A stretch of 61,199 nucleotides of DNA, filler included. It is 4 parts of 4 records of this genome, joined end to end, with 100 filler letters (N's around TTAATTAATTAA, not from the genome) between each part and the next. Parts side by side here need not be neighbours in the genome. Positions count along the whole stretch, not along the records: positions 1 to 28,968 come from SRR20825006_2753; 3 more parts are not named here. One strand, given 5' to 3'. The position numbers were made by a program, and so were the translations under genes. Below, in pieces: positions 1-7,726 of this stretch (within the stretch, counting starts at the first letter, position 1; each line of letters starts with the position of its first letter). Below the pieces are notes generated by a model that worked only from the letters and a program-made list of their open reading frames with translations, made no database searches and was not told the origin of the DNA.

Positions 1-1
1 G

Positions 2-445
2 GTCTATCTGGCCCAGGTCGAATGCCGGGAGATGATGCGGGCATTCGCGAAGCCGGGCGCGCGCGTTCCCATTGCCGGATCGGCCGTTGGCAAGACCCTG
101 CTGGCCCGGTTGCGGACGGATGATGTTTCAAAGCTGCTGACGCGGATCGGCTCCGAGCACAAGACCCGCCGCACCATCGATGCTTTGCCGCGCATGGAGC
201 AGGAACTGGCGAGGGTTCGCGAGGTTGAGTACGCCATCGATAACGAGGAGCATTCGGTGGGGCTGCGCTGCGTCGCCTCCGCCGTCTTCGGCCATCACAG
301 CGAGCCGCTTGCCGCCATTTCCATTTCCGGACCGACAGCGCGGATCACGGATGAGAGGATCGACAAGCTCGGCAAGATCGTCTGCTCGGTTGCCCGGGAA
401 GCAACGGCGGCGCTCGGCGGGATCTGGCCCCAGACGAACGCATAA
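2..445 (+). CDS. IclR-family transcriptional regulator, C-terminal effector domain (5' truncated by window edge)
   Basis: Frame is open from base 2 (VYLAQVECREMMRAF...). IclR motifs SAVGKTLLA and YAIDNEEHSVGLRCVASAVF...AAISISGP. Confidence 0.9.
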   Translation, partial: VYLAQVECREMMRAFAKPGARVPIAGSAVGKTLLARLRTDDVSKLLTRIGSEHKTRRTIDALPRMEQELARVREVEYAIDNEEHSVGLRCVASAVFGHHSEPLAAISISGPTARITDERIDKLGKIVCSVAREATAALGGIWPQTNA

Positions 446-488
446 CTAGAGCCGAATGGGTAAGTAGCTCTGGGTGCGGTTCCGTTCC

Positions 489-1307
489 TTAATCGTATTC
501 TTCTGAATAGAACCGCTGATCCATGGACAATGCCGGCTGGGCACAGCCGGCATTGCCGACCACTTTTGCCGGAACACCGGCGACGGTCGTGTTCTTTGCA
601 ACGTTCTTGAGCACGACGGAGCCTGCGCCGACGCGGGAGCACTCACCGACTTCGATATTGCCGAGCACGGTTGCCCCGGCGCCGATCATGGTGCCGCGCC
701 GGATTTTCGGATGACGGTCGCCGGTTTCCTTACCGGTACCGCCCAGCGTCACACCGTGCAGCAGGGAGACACCATCTTCGACAACAGCGGTCTCGCCAAT
801 CACCACGCCGGTGCCGTGATCGACCATGATGCCCTTGCCGATGCGGGCCGCCGGGTGAATGTCGACGCCGAAAACGCTGTTGATCCGGCTCTGGAAATAT
901 TTCGCCAGGAAGGTTCGGTCATGACCCCAGAGCCAATGGCCGATCCGGTAAGCCTGCAAGGCGTTAAAGCCCTTGAAATAGAGGAACGGCTCCAGATAGC
1001 TGGTGCAGGCCGGATCACGGTCGTAGGTGGCGGAGAGATCCGCGCGGGCCGACTCGCCGATGGAGGCGTCGGACAGCATCGCATTGTGCACGACCTGATA
1101 GACGGAGAGATCGCTCATCTCCGTACCACCGATCTTCTGCGAGATCAGATAGGCCAGTGCATCTTCGAAACTGCGCTGATCCAGAACGCTGGCATGCATC
1201 CAGCTTGCCAAAGCGGATTCCTTTTTCGCCCATTCGGCTGCATCGGCGAGCATAGAGCTCCAGACCGGATCGACGACTGCCTTCGGCTTTGGATTGGCAT
1301 CCACCAT
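489..1307 (-). CDS. cysE: Serine O-acetyltransferase
   Basis: RDPAC, YFKGF, VDIHPAARIGKGIMVDHGTG and GGTGKETGDRHPKI hexapeptide-repeat motifs. GGGAGG RBS upstream. Confidence 0.96.
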   Translation of the reverse strand: MVDANPKPKAVVDPVWSSMLADAAEWAKKESALASWMHASVLDQRSFEDALAYLISQKIGGTEMSDLSVYQVVHNAMLSDASIGESARADLSATYDRDPACTSYLEPFLYFKGFNALQAYRIGHWLWGHDRTFLAKYFQSRINSVFGVDIHPAARIGKGIMVDHGTGVVIGETAVVEDGVSLLHGVTLGGTGKETGDRHPKIRRGTMIGAGATVLGNIEVGECSRVGAGSVVLKNVAKNTTVAGVPAKVVGNAGCAQPALSMDQRFYSEEYD

Positions 1308-1429
1308 TCTGTCCTCCCGCCGCTTATCGGCGCCCGTGGAAGCCGCCGCCCCTCAGGAGCGACGGTCGCGTGTTCAGGTAAGGTAGGTATCTCGTTTTGG
1401 GAAGCAATATCCAACCTTACGCATGGATA

Positions 1430-2476
1430 TCATGCCAAAATTGCAAGATAGATGGCAAATCCGTAAGCGGCGGCAAGGGAGCCAAGCAATCCGAGCGCCA
1501 GATACCAGGTGAAAACGCTGCCGCGCACCAGGGCAAACACCGCCATCGAGGCCGGAATACTGGTGATCCCGCCGGCAATCATGAAGCCGAGACCGGCGGC
1601 GGGCGTCATGCCCAGATCCATCAGCCCGCCGACCAGAGGAATGGCAGCATAGCCGTTGAGATAGCTGGGCACGCCGATCAGGATCGCGGCCGGAATTGTC
1701 CACCATTCATCGCCGCCGAGATAGGTTGCCACCTGTTCCGCCGGAACATAGGCCACCATCAGGCTTTCCAGAGTGAAGGCGAGGGTCAGCCATTTCAGCA
1801 GGAAAAGACCGGACCTTCTGGCTTCACCGGTGAAGGCTTCCCGGCGTTCCTTGTCCTTCCAGAAACCCCAGACGATCTTCTCTGTCTTCAGGGCGTTGGA
1901 GGTGCCGCAGCCGCATGATTTGACCAGATCGGGGCGCAAGGCATCCTTGAAGGCGCCTCCCTTGACCAGCAGGTGCGTGCCAAAACCGGCGGCGGCACCG
2001 ATGGTGAAGGCGGCCGTCAGTTTCGCGAAGGTGAACTCCATGCCCATCACCGGCGTCATCAGGATGAACATTTCCGGGTCCATCAGGGGCGATGCAAGCC
2101 AGAAGGCCATGACCGGGGCCAGCGGAACCCCGGCGACGAGCAGGCCGGCGATGATCGGCACCACACCGCAGGAACAGAAGGGTGAGAGGGAGCCGAAGGC
2201 GGCCGCCAGCAGGATTGCCTGCGTCGCGTTGCCCGAAAAGGCCCGGCCGATCTGGTGATCGAGCCCGCTCGCCCGGGCGAATGCAGCGACGACGACAGAA
2301 AGAACAATGAAGGGGCCGACATGCAGGAGGGACTCGAAGGTGAAGACCGCACTTTTTGCCACCTGATCAGGAACGAGGAGGGCGAGTGCGATAAATATAA
2401 GCGTGGTTGCGATCCAGACCCGGTCGATCCGGCCGAAGCGGAGCGAGAGGGTGCGCGTCAGGTCTGCTGTTGTCAT
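1430..2476 (-). CDS. arsP: ArsP/DUF318-family permease (probable organoarsenical efflux)
   Basis: Multi-TM protein with the PFCSCGVVP and SPLMDP motifs of the ArsP family and a Cys-containing loop (SCGCG). Lies directly downstream of an ArsR gene. Confidence 0.75.
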   Translation of the reverse strand: MTTADLTRTLSLRFGRIDRVWIATTLIFIALALLVPDQVAKSAVFTFESLLHVGPFIVLSVVVAAFARASGLDHQIGRAFSGNATQAILLAAAFGSLSPFCSCGVVPIIAGLLVAGVPLAPVMAFWLASPLMDPEMFILMTPVMGMEFTFAKLTAAFTIGAAAGFGTHLLVKGGAFKDALRPDLVKSCGCGTSNALKTEKIVWGFWKDKERREAFTGEARRSGLFLLKWLTLAFTLESLMVAYVPAEQVATYLGGDEWWTIPAAILIGVPSYLNGYAAIPLVGGLMDLGMTPAAGLGFMIAGGITSIPASMAVFALVRGSVFTWYLALGLLGSLAAAYGFAIYLAILA

Positions 2477-2490
2477 AATTCTTCCGATCC

Positions 2491-2511
2491 TTCCGGAAAT
2501 ATCGAACTATT
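2491..2511. promoter_or_regulatory. Putative ArsR operator, copy 1 (between arsR and permease)
   Basis: TTCCGGAAATATCGAACTATT, 17/21 identical to the copy at 2887-2907, with a TTC-N10-GAA dyad. Confidence 0.6.
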
Positions 2512-2524
2512 TGATCAAAAAAAC

Positions 2525-2845
2525 TCAAACGTTCTGCGTTTCGTCCAATTGCACCACGTCGAGGCCACTGCAACATTCGGCGCAGAGATACGATACCAGG
2601 GCATCAGCCAGCTCGAAGTTGGCGGTGCAGCGGAGCACCCGGCCTTCCCGCTCCTGCTTTGCCAGCCCGGCCCAGACAAGATGCGAGATATGATGGGAGA
2701 GGGTGGATTTCGGGATATTCAGATGCTTCTGAATATCCCCCACGGTCACTCCTTCAGGTCCCGCCTTGATGAGCAGGCGAAAGGCTTCGAGGCGATGCGG
2801 GTTGCCAAGTTCCGACAGGCATTTCGAGGCGGTTTCTATGTCCAT
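2525..2845 (-). CDS. arsR: ArsR/SmtB-family repressor with C-terminal Cys-Cys site
   Basis: LGNPHRL..FRLL, STLSHH..L..AGL, REGR wing, and C-terminal YLCAECC (C91/C92) of the As-sensing subclass. Confidence 0.88.
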   Translation of the reverse strand: MDIETASKCLSELGNPHRLEAFRLLIKAGPEGVTVGDIQKHLNIPKSTLSHHISHLVWAGLAKQEREGRVLRCTANFELADALVSYLCAECCSGLDVVQLDETQNV

Positions 2846-2851
2846 GCTGTG

Positions 2852-2880
2852 AAAATATGTCCGGTAATCGGCTTAGTCAA
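2852..2880 (-). promoter_or_regulatory. Sigma70-type promoter of arsR, probably giving a leaderless mRNA
   Basis: Minus strand TTGACT-N17-TATTTT-N6-ATG, with no Shine-Dalgarno. Confidence 0.55.
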
Positions 2881-2886
2881 CGATAA

Positions 2887-2907
2887 TTCTAGATTTATCG
2901 AACTATT
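2887..2907. promoter_or_regulatory. Putative ArsR operator, copy 2 (upstream of arsR -35)
   Basis: TTCTAGATTTATCGAACTATT, overlapping the near-palindrome CGATAATTCTAGATTTATCG (2881-2900). Confidence 0.6.
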
Positions 2908-2918
2908 GTGATTTTGCA

Positions 2919-2936
2919 CTGTCACAGAGCTTTCAT
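2919..2936 (+). promoter_or_regulatory. Pho box (PhoB site)
   Basis: CTGTCAC-agag-CTTTCAT: two CTGTCAT-like heptamers at an 11-bp period upstream of an alkaline-phosphatase-superfamily gene. Confidence 0.65.
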
Positions 2937-3013
2937 GGAGCGCTGTCTTGCCCGCGCCTGAAAGCGGACCGACAATGCCGCCGTCAATTCGCTGATTTTA
3001 TGTGAGGGTTTCC

Positions 3014-4507
3014 ATGGCGCGGCCACGTTTTCTGTTTGTCCTTTTCGACGGTTTGCGCCGCGACATGGTGCGGCCCGATACCGCGCCGGCAATTCATGGC
3101 TTCCGCCAGTCCTGGACCGATTTTCCGAACAGCGCCTCGGTTTTTCCGGTGGAGACGCGGGTGCAGGTCTCCAGCTTCGTGACGGGGGCTTTCCCGGGGC
3201 CGGCCGCGCAGCATCCGGCGGGCGACGGCGTACGGCCGGGCCATGGCATCATGGGGAATACCTTTTACGATCCCGCGCTTGGCCTGGATGGCCCGATGGA
3301 TACCTCGGACGATGCCAAAATGGCCGAGGCTGCACGCCGTTACGGACGGCTGCAGGGAGCCCGTAATACGGGGGAAATCCTGCATGAGGCAGGCCTGAAA
3401 TACGGGGTCGTGACCACAGGCAAGATCGGCAATGCCCGTTTGCTCAACCTCAACGCAGCGGCACAGGACCAGCCGGTATTCTCGATCTGGGGGAGCGATA
3501 TCTCCAGCCCGGCCGCCGATTTCGACGGTGTGGTCGCGCGGTACGGACCGGTGCCCGAACAGCAATTACCGAATGTGGCCGTGCAGAATTATGCCGCGAC
3601 TGTGCTGCTCGAGGAATTCATCCCGAAGCATGATGCGGACATCCAGGTGATCTGGTTCAATGAGCCGGATCTGAGCTTCCACTACAAGGAAATCGGCTCG
3701 CCTGACTCCCTGGCCGCGATCAAGGCTGTCGACGATGCGTTCCAGCGCATTCTTGACTGGTGGGAGGCAGAGGGCCGGGAGGACGGCTGGCAGATCATTG
3801 CGGCCTCCGACCATGGTCAGATCACGGCAACGGGGCAGATAAACGTCGCCGAAGAACTCACCAAAGCCGGCTTCAGGGTCGGCAAGGTGATCGGCCCGGA
3901 CGTGGATGTCGTGGTGAAGCGCAGCTATGCGGGCGGCATCAGCATTCGGGATCGTGACCCGGCCATGACCGAGAAAGTGTTCCATTGGCTTATCGAGCAG
4001 GAGTGGTGCGGACTGGTGTTCAGCCGGGCTGACTTGCCGGGCGCGCTGCCGATGAGCGCGATTAACGTCGCGAACGAGCGTGCTCCGGATCTCTACATGG
4101 TTCTGCGGACCTCTGATGGCGCAAACGCGCACGGCTATCCGGGGCTTTGCTATGTCGATAACGGGGATATCCCGGATGGCGGCGGTATGCATGGCGGGCT
4201 GCACCAGCATGAGATCAACAATCTACTGACAGCCGGGGGCGACCTGTTCCGTCAGGATCACATCGTCGAGACACCGACCGGTCTGGTGGACATCTTGCCG
4301 ACGATGCTGGCTGCTCTTGATGTCGAGGCGCCGGAAAGCACCACCGGGCGTGTGCTTGCCGAGGCCTTCCGGATTGAGACACCGGCACCGTTCTGGAAGG
4401 AGATGCTGATCCGGGCAGAGCACGGCGGCTTTGCCCAGGAACTCCGTGTGGCGCAGATCGAAGGCGTCCCGAACCATTATCTGCGGGGCGGACGGCGCAC
4501 CGCCTGA
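3014..4507 (+). CDS. Alkaline phosphatase superfamily (nucleotide pyrophosphatase/phosphodiesterase-like) enzyme
   Basis: LFDGLRRD, FPVET (nucleophile Thr), EPDLSFH, SDHG and HGGLH metal ligands. GAGGG RBS before ATG 3014. Confidence 0.85.
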   Translation: MARPRFLFVLFDGLRRDMVRPDTAPAIHGFRQSWTDFPNSASVFPVETRVQVSSFVTGAFPGPAAQHPAGDGVRPGHGIMGNTFYDPALGLDGPMDTSDDAKMAEAARRYGRLQGARNTGEILHEAGLKYGVVTTGKIGNARLLNLNAAAQDQPVFSIWGSDISSPAADFDGVVARYGPVPEQQLPNVAVQNYAATVLLEEFIPKHDADIQVIWFNEPDLSFHYKEIGSPDSLAAIKAVDDAFQRILDWWEAEGREDGWQIIAASDHGQITATGQINVAEELTKAGFRVGKVIGPDVDVVVKRSYAGGISIRDRDPAMTEKVFHWLIEQEWCGLVFSRADLPGALPMSAINVANERAPDLYMVLRTSDGANAHGYPGLCYVDNGDIPDGGGMHGGLHQHEINNLLTAGGDLFRQDHIVETPTGLVDILPTMLAALDVEAPESTTGRVLAEAFRIETPAPFWKEMLIRAEHGGFAQELRVAQIEGVPNHYLRGGRRTA

Positions 4508-4509
4508 TA

Positions 4510-5904
4510 TCAGGCGGTGGCGCCGCTCTGGCGGATGGCCCGGTGCATCAGCAGCTCGAAACGCAGGATCAGGGCAAAACAGGCGGCGGTCAGGCCGACC
4601 GCCAACCCCATCCAGACCCCGGCGCCCTGCAATCCGTAGCTGAAGGCAAGATAGGCGCCGGCCGAAAAGCCGAGCACCCAGTAGCCGATGAAGGCCAGGA
4701 TCGCCGGGATCGTGGTGTCTTTCAGGCCGCGCAGGTTTCCGGCGCCCACGGCCTGTCCCGCATCGACAATCTGAAACACCGCGGCAATCCGGATGAAGTC
4801 GACGGCGAAGGCGATGGCGACGGCATTTTCCGGATCATCAAGCCGGAGGTAGAAGCCGACAATGGGCTCGGTCGCGAACCAGAAGACAAGCGCGGTCAGC
4901 GTGGCGATGCCGACGCCGACGAAGGTTGAGATCCGGCCAGCCAGCAGGGCATCAGCAAGCCGGCTCCGTCCCATGGCAAGCCCAACCCGGATGGTCGCGG
5001 CCTGGCAGACCCCGAGCGGCACCATGAAGGCGATCGAGGTACACTGGATCGCCACGGCATGTGCCGCTAGCTGGTCCGGTCCGAAAAGACCGACCATGAA
5101 AGCGCTGGCGGCAAACAGGCCTGCTTCGGCGAGTACGGTCAGGCCGATCGGAATGCCGATCTTCATGATCTCGACATAGCGTGCCCAGTCCGGGCGCCAG
5201 AACCTGCCGAACAGGTTGTAACGGCGGAACTGCCGGTCGGTGACCACGAACAGGGTCTGTGCGAGCAGCATGAAGGCCTGCACGATGACGGTTGCCACCG
5301 CAGCGCCTTCCAGGCCGAGGGCCGGAGCGCCGAAATTTCCGAAAATCAGCGCGTAATCGGCGACGGCGTTCACGCCGATGGCGATCAGCAGGATGATCAT
5401 GGACGAGCGCGGCCGGGAATGGGCGGTGACCAGATTGCGCAGCACCGTGAAGCACATCAGCGGCAGCAGACCCCATTTCGCCCAATCGACATAGCCTATA
5501 GCCATTGCGGCAAGCCTGGGGTCCTGACCGGTGAGCAGCATGATGCGCTCTCCGTTCCAGAGAAAGATCAGGCAGGGAATGCAGAGCGTGATCGCGACCC
5601 AGAAGCCCTGGCGCAGGGTTCGGCGCACACCGCGCAGCCTGATGGCGCCGATCTCGTGACTGAACATGGCGGCGGTCGCGGCCAGCAGGCCGATCCCGAA
5701 GAATGTCAGGGGGAAGATCAGGGAGGTTGCGAGGGTCGCAGCCGCCAGCTCATCCGGGCCGAGCCAGCCGATCATGATCACATCGACGGTATTCAGGGCG
5801 ATCGTGGCGAGCTGGGTCAGGACCAGAGGCCAGGCCAGCTTCAGGGTGGCGGCCAGCTCATGGCGCCAGGGAATGGAGGCAGATCGGGAGTGAGGAACAG
5901 ACAT
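4510..5904 (-). CDS. MATE-family efflux transporter (NorM-like)
   Basis: LAWPLVL..VDVIMIGWLG..ELAA, LIFGNFG.PALG..GAA.AT, G.PIG, AATIRVG and LRGLKDT motifs, about 12 TM. Confidence 0.92.
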   Translation of the reverse strand: MSVPHSRSASIPWRHELAATLKLAWPLVLTQLATIALNTVDVIMIGWLGPDELAAATLATSLIFPLTFFGIGLLAATAAMFSHEIGAIRLRGVRRTLRQGFWVAITLCIPCLIFLWNGERIMLLTGQDPRLAAMAIGYVDWAKWGLLPLMCFTVLRNLVTAHSRPRSSMIILLIAIGVNAVADYALIFGNFGAPALGLEGAAVATVIVQAFMLLAQTLFVVTDRQFRRYNLFGRFWRPDWARYVEIMKIGIPIGLTVLAEAGLFAASAFMVGLFGPDQLAAHAVAIQCTSIAFMVPLGVCQAATIRVGLAMGRSRLADALLAGRISTFVGVGIATLTALVFWFATEPIVGFYLRLDDPENAVAIAFAVDFIRIAAVFQIVDAGQAVGAGNLRGLKDTTIPAILAFIGYWVLGFSAGAYLAFSYGLQGAGVWMGLAVGLTAACFALILRFELLMHRAIRQSGATA

Positions 5905-5914
5905 GAAAACAGCT

Positions 5915-5994
5915 CAGGCTCAAAAGGAAGCAAAAATGGATGACGGCGCGGGCTGGAGGGCCAGCTACGCGGTCATTCGTTCCGTTAGAGCCTG
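5915..5994 (-). promoter_or_regulatory. Long nested hairpin in the MATE 5' leader (attenuator-like)
   Basis: Minus-strand pairings CAGGCTC/GAGCCTG, GGAA/TTCC, ATGAC/GTCAT, CGCG/CGCG and GCTGG/CCAGC. The inner stem is followed by a T-rich run. Confidence 0.5.
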
Positions 5995-6009
5995 CAAGTG
6001 CGTTTCCAT
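5965..6009 (-). CDS. Putative 14-aa leader peptide METHLQALTERMTA
   Basis: ATG lies 6 nt after a predicted -10 box, and the TAG lies in the 5' arm of the leader hairpin. Too short for the ORF track. Confidence 0.35.
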   Translation of the reverse strand: METHLQALTERMTA

Positions 6010-6015
6010 GAGATG

Positions 6016-6044
6016 TCTTTAGCCGTCATGGGTGAAGGGGTCAA
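6016..6044 (-). promoter_or_regulatory. Sigma70-type promoter for uORF/MATE
   Basis: Minus strand TTGACC-N17-TAAAGA. Confidence 0.45.
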
Positions 6045-6066
6045 GGCGAACCCGTGTAGGTTCGCC
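6045..6066 (-). terminator. Hairpin just downstream of the SMP-30 gene
   Basis: GGCGAACC-6nt-GGTTCGCC perfect 8-bp stem. The U tract is weak. Confidence 0.4.
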
Positions 6067-6074
6067 AAGCGCCA

Positions 6075-7007
6075 TTATTTGTTGAGAAAATTCAATGGCA
6101 AACCGGGGCGGGGCCACTCCACCGCAGCCAGCTGTCCGGCCCATGAAAGCGTGAGATACGCGGTTTTCAGATCAGGTCCGCCAAAACAGATGTTGGTTGT
6201 ATAGGGATCGCCGGTCTCGAAAAATTCGACTGTGCCGCCATCCGGATGGGCAACGGTGATACCGCCGGTCATCAGGGTGGCGACACAGATATTGCCGTTG
6301 GCCTCTACCGCCAGTGAGTCGAAACGCCGCCATCCGGCCTCGGCATTGACCAGGACACCTCCGTTTATCGATGGCGGGAAGCCTACCTTGGAAACTTCCC
6401 CTTCGCCTGTAATCGGATAGGACCAGAGCCGACCGCTTTCCGTCTCGGCGACATAGAGCGTTTTCTCGTCCGGGCTAAGACCGATCCCGTTCGGGGTCAT
6501 GAAGGGCTGGATGACTTCCTTGATCAGACTGCCGTCCGTTTTCGCGTAATAGATGGCGCCGCGATCCATGTCCCGGGCACGGACCTTGCCGAGATCGGTG
6601 AACCAGAAACCGCCGCTCCGGTCGAACACGATGTCGTTCGGGCCTTTCAGCTGGTGACCGCCGCAGCTCTCGTAAAGCCGCTCTACCTTGCCGGTTTTCA
6701 GATCGATCCGCTCAATGCGTCCGGTCTTGTAATCCGCCGATTGCGCGATTGGCCGCATGTTTCCGGTCTGGGCTCCGCGCTCGAAGGCGAAGCCGCCATT
6801 GTTGCAGACATAGCAGAGACCGTCCGGCCCGATGGCCGCGCCGTTCGGTCCGCCGCCCGGCTCTGCCACGATTTCCTTTGTGCCGTCCGGAAAGACGCGC
6901 GTGAGAGTGCCCCGCCCGATTTCGACAAGCACCACGGAGCCGTCCGGCATGGCTATCGGCCCTTCCGGAAACATCAATCCGTCAGTGATGACCCTGATTT
7001 TTGACAC
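6075..7007 (-). CDS. SMP-30/gluconolactonase/LRE-family protein
   Basis: FPEGP, GPNG, PND..FD..GG.WFTD, PNGIGLSPD and TTNICFGG beta-propeller motifs. GTG start 7007 with GGAAGG RBS. Confidence 0.9.
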   Translation of the reverse strand: MSKIRVITDGLMFPEGPIAMPDGSVVLVEIGRGTLTRVFPDGTKEIVAEPGGGPNGAAIGPDGLCYVCNNGGFAFERGAQTGNMRPIAQSADYKTGRIERIDLKTGKVERLYESCGGHQLKGPNDIVFDRSGGFWFTDLGKVRARDMDRGAIYYAKTDGSLIKEVIQPFMTPNGIGLSPDEKTLYVAETESGRLWSYPITGEGEVSKVGFPPSINGGVLVNAEAGWRRFDSLAVEANGNICVATLMTGGITVAHPDGGTVEFFETGDPYTTNICFGGPDLKTAYLTLSWAGQLAAVEWPRPGLPLNFLNK

Positions 7008-7114
7008 GTGTACTTCCTTCCCCAACACTTGTTATGGTTTTGGAAGGGAGTATCTGTCAGTGCCGACGGGCCTTGCAATCAGGCAAATACACTTCTTCCG
7101 ACAGGAACCAGATC

Positions 7115-7726
7115 ATGACACTGGAAACCGCGTTCGCTTTTGCGCTTGGCATGGTCATCCTGATGCTGACACCCGGGCCATCCATGCTGACGACCATTGC
7201 CAAATCTCTCGCCTCTGGGTTCTGGACGGGGTTCCAGTACAATCTCGGTGTCTGTATCGGGGATCTGATCTTCCTGATGCTGGCGATCTTCGGGCTGCAG
7301 ATCATTGCCGAGTTGCTTGGCGATATATTCATCGTCGTGAAATTCGTCGGGGCGGCCTATCTGCTTTGGCTCGGCACGAAATTGTGGCTGGCCAAACCGG
7401 AGCCCCTGGATGCCCGGCCGCAGGTCTCGAAAGGCATGTTCCGGGAGATTATGGCGGGCATCCTGATCACGCTGGGGAACCCGAAAGTGATCCTGTTTTA
7501 CGGAGCGCTGTTGCCGACCTTTGTCGACCTTGAGTTGCTGACCGCACCGGATATCACCATCCTTGCCGCCATCGTCGTCTCGGCGGTTCTGGTAGTGAAT
7601 AATTTTTACGGGTTCATGGCCGCCAGGGCGCGCAGGATCTTCCGCTCAGGCAGGGCGGTGAAGGTGCTGAACAGAAGCGCGGGAAGCGCGATGATCGGCG
7701 CCGGACTTTATATCGTCACCCGCTGA
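7115..7726 (+). CDS. LysE/RhtB-family translocator
   Basis: TPGP, K.VGAAYLLWLG and NPK..LFY..LLP.F motifs. AGGA RBS. Confidence 0.9.
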   Translation: MTLETAFAFALGMVILMLTPGPSMLTTIAKSLASGFWTGFQYNLGVCIGDLIFLMLAIFGLQIIAELLGDIFIVVKFVGAAYLLWLGTKLWLAKPEPLDARPQVSKGMFREIMAGILITLGNPKVILFYGALLPTFVDLELLTAPDITILAAIVVSAVLVVNNFYGFMAARARRIFRSGRAVKVLNRSAGSAMIGAGLYIVTR

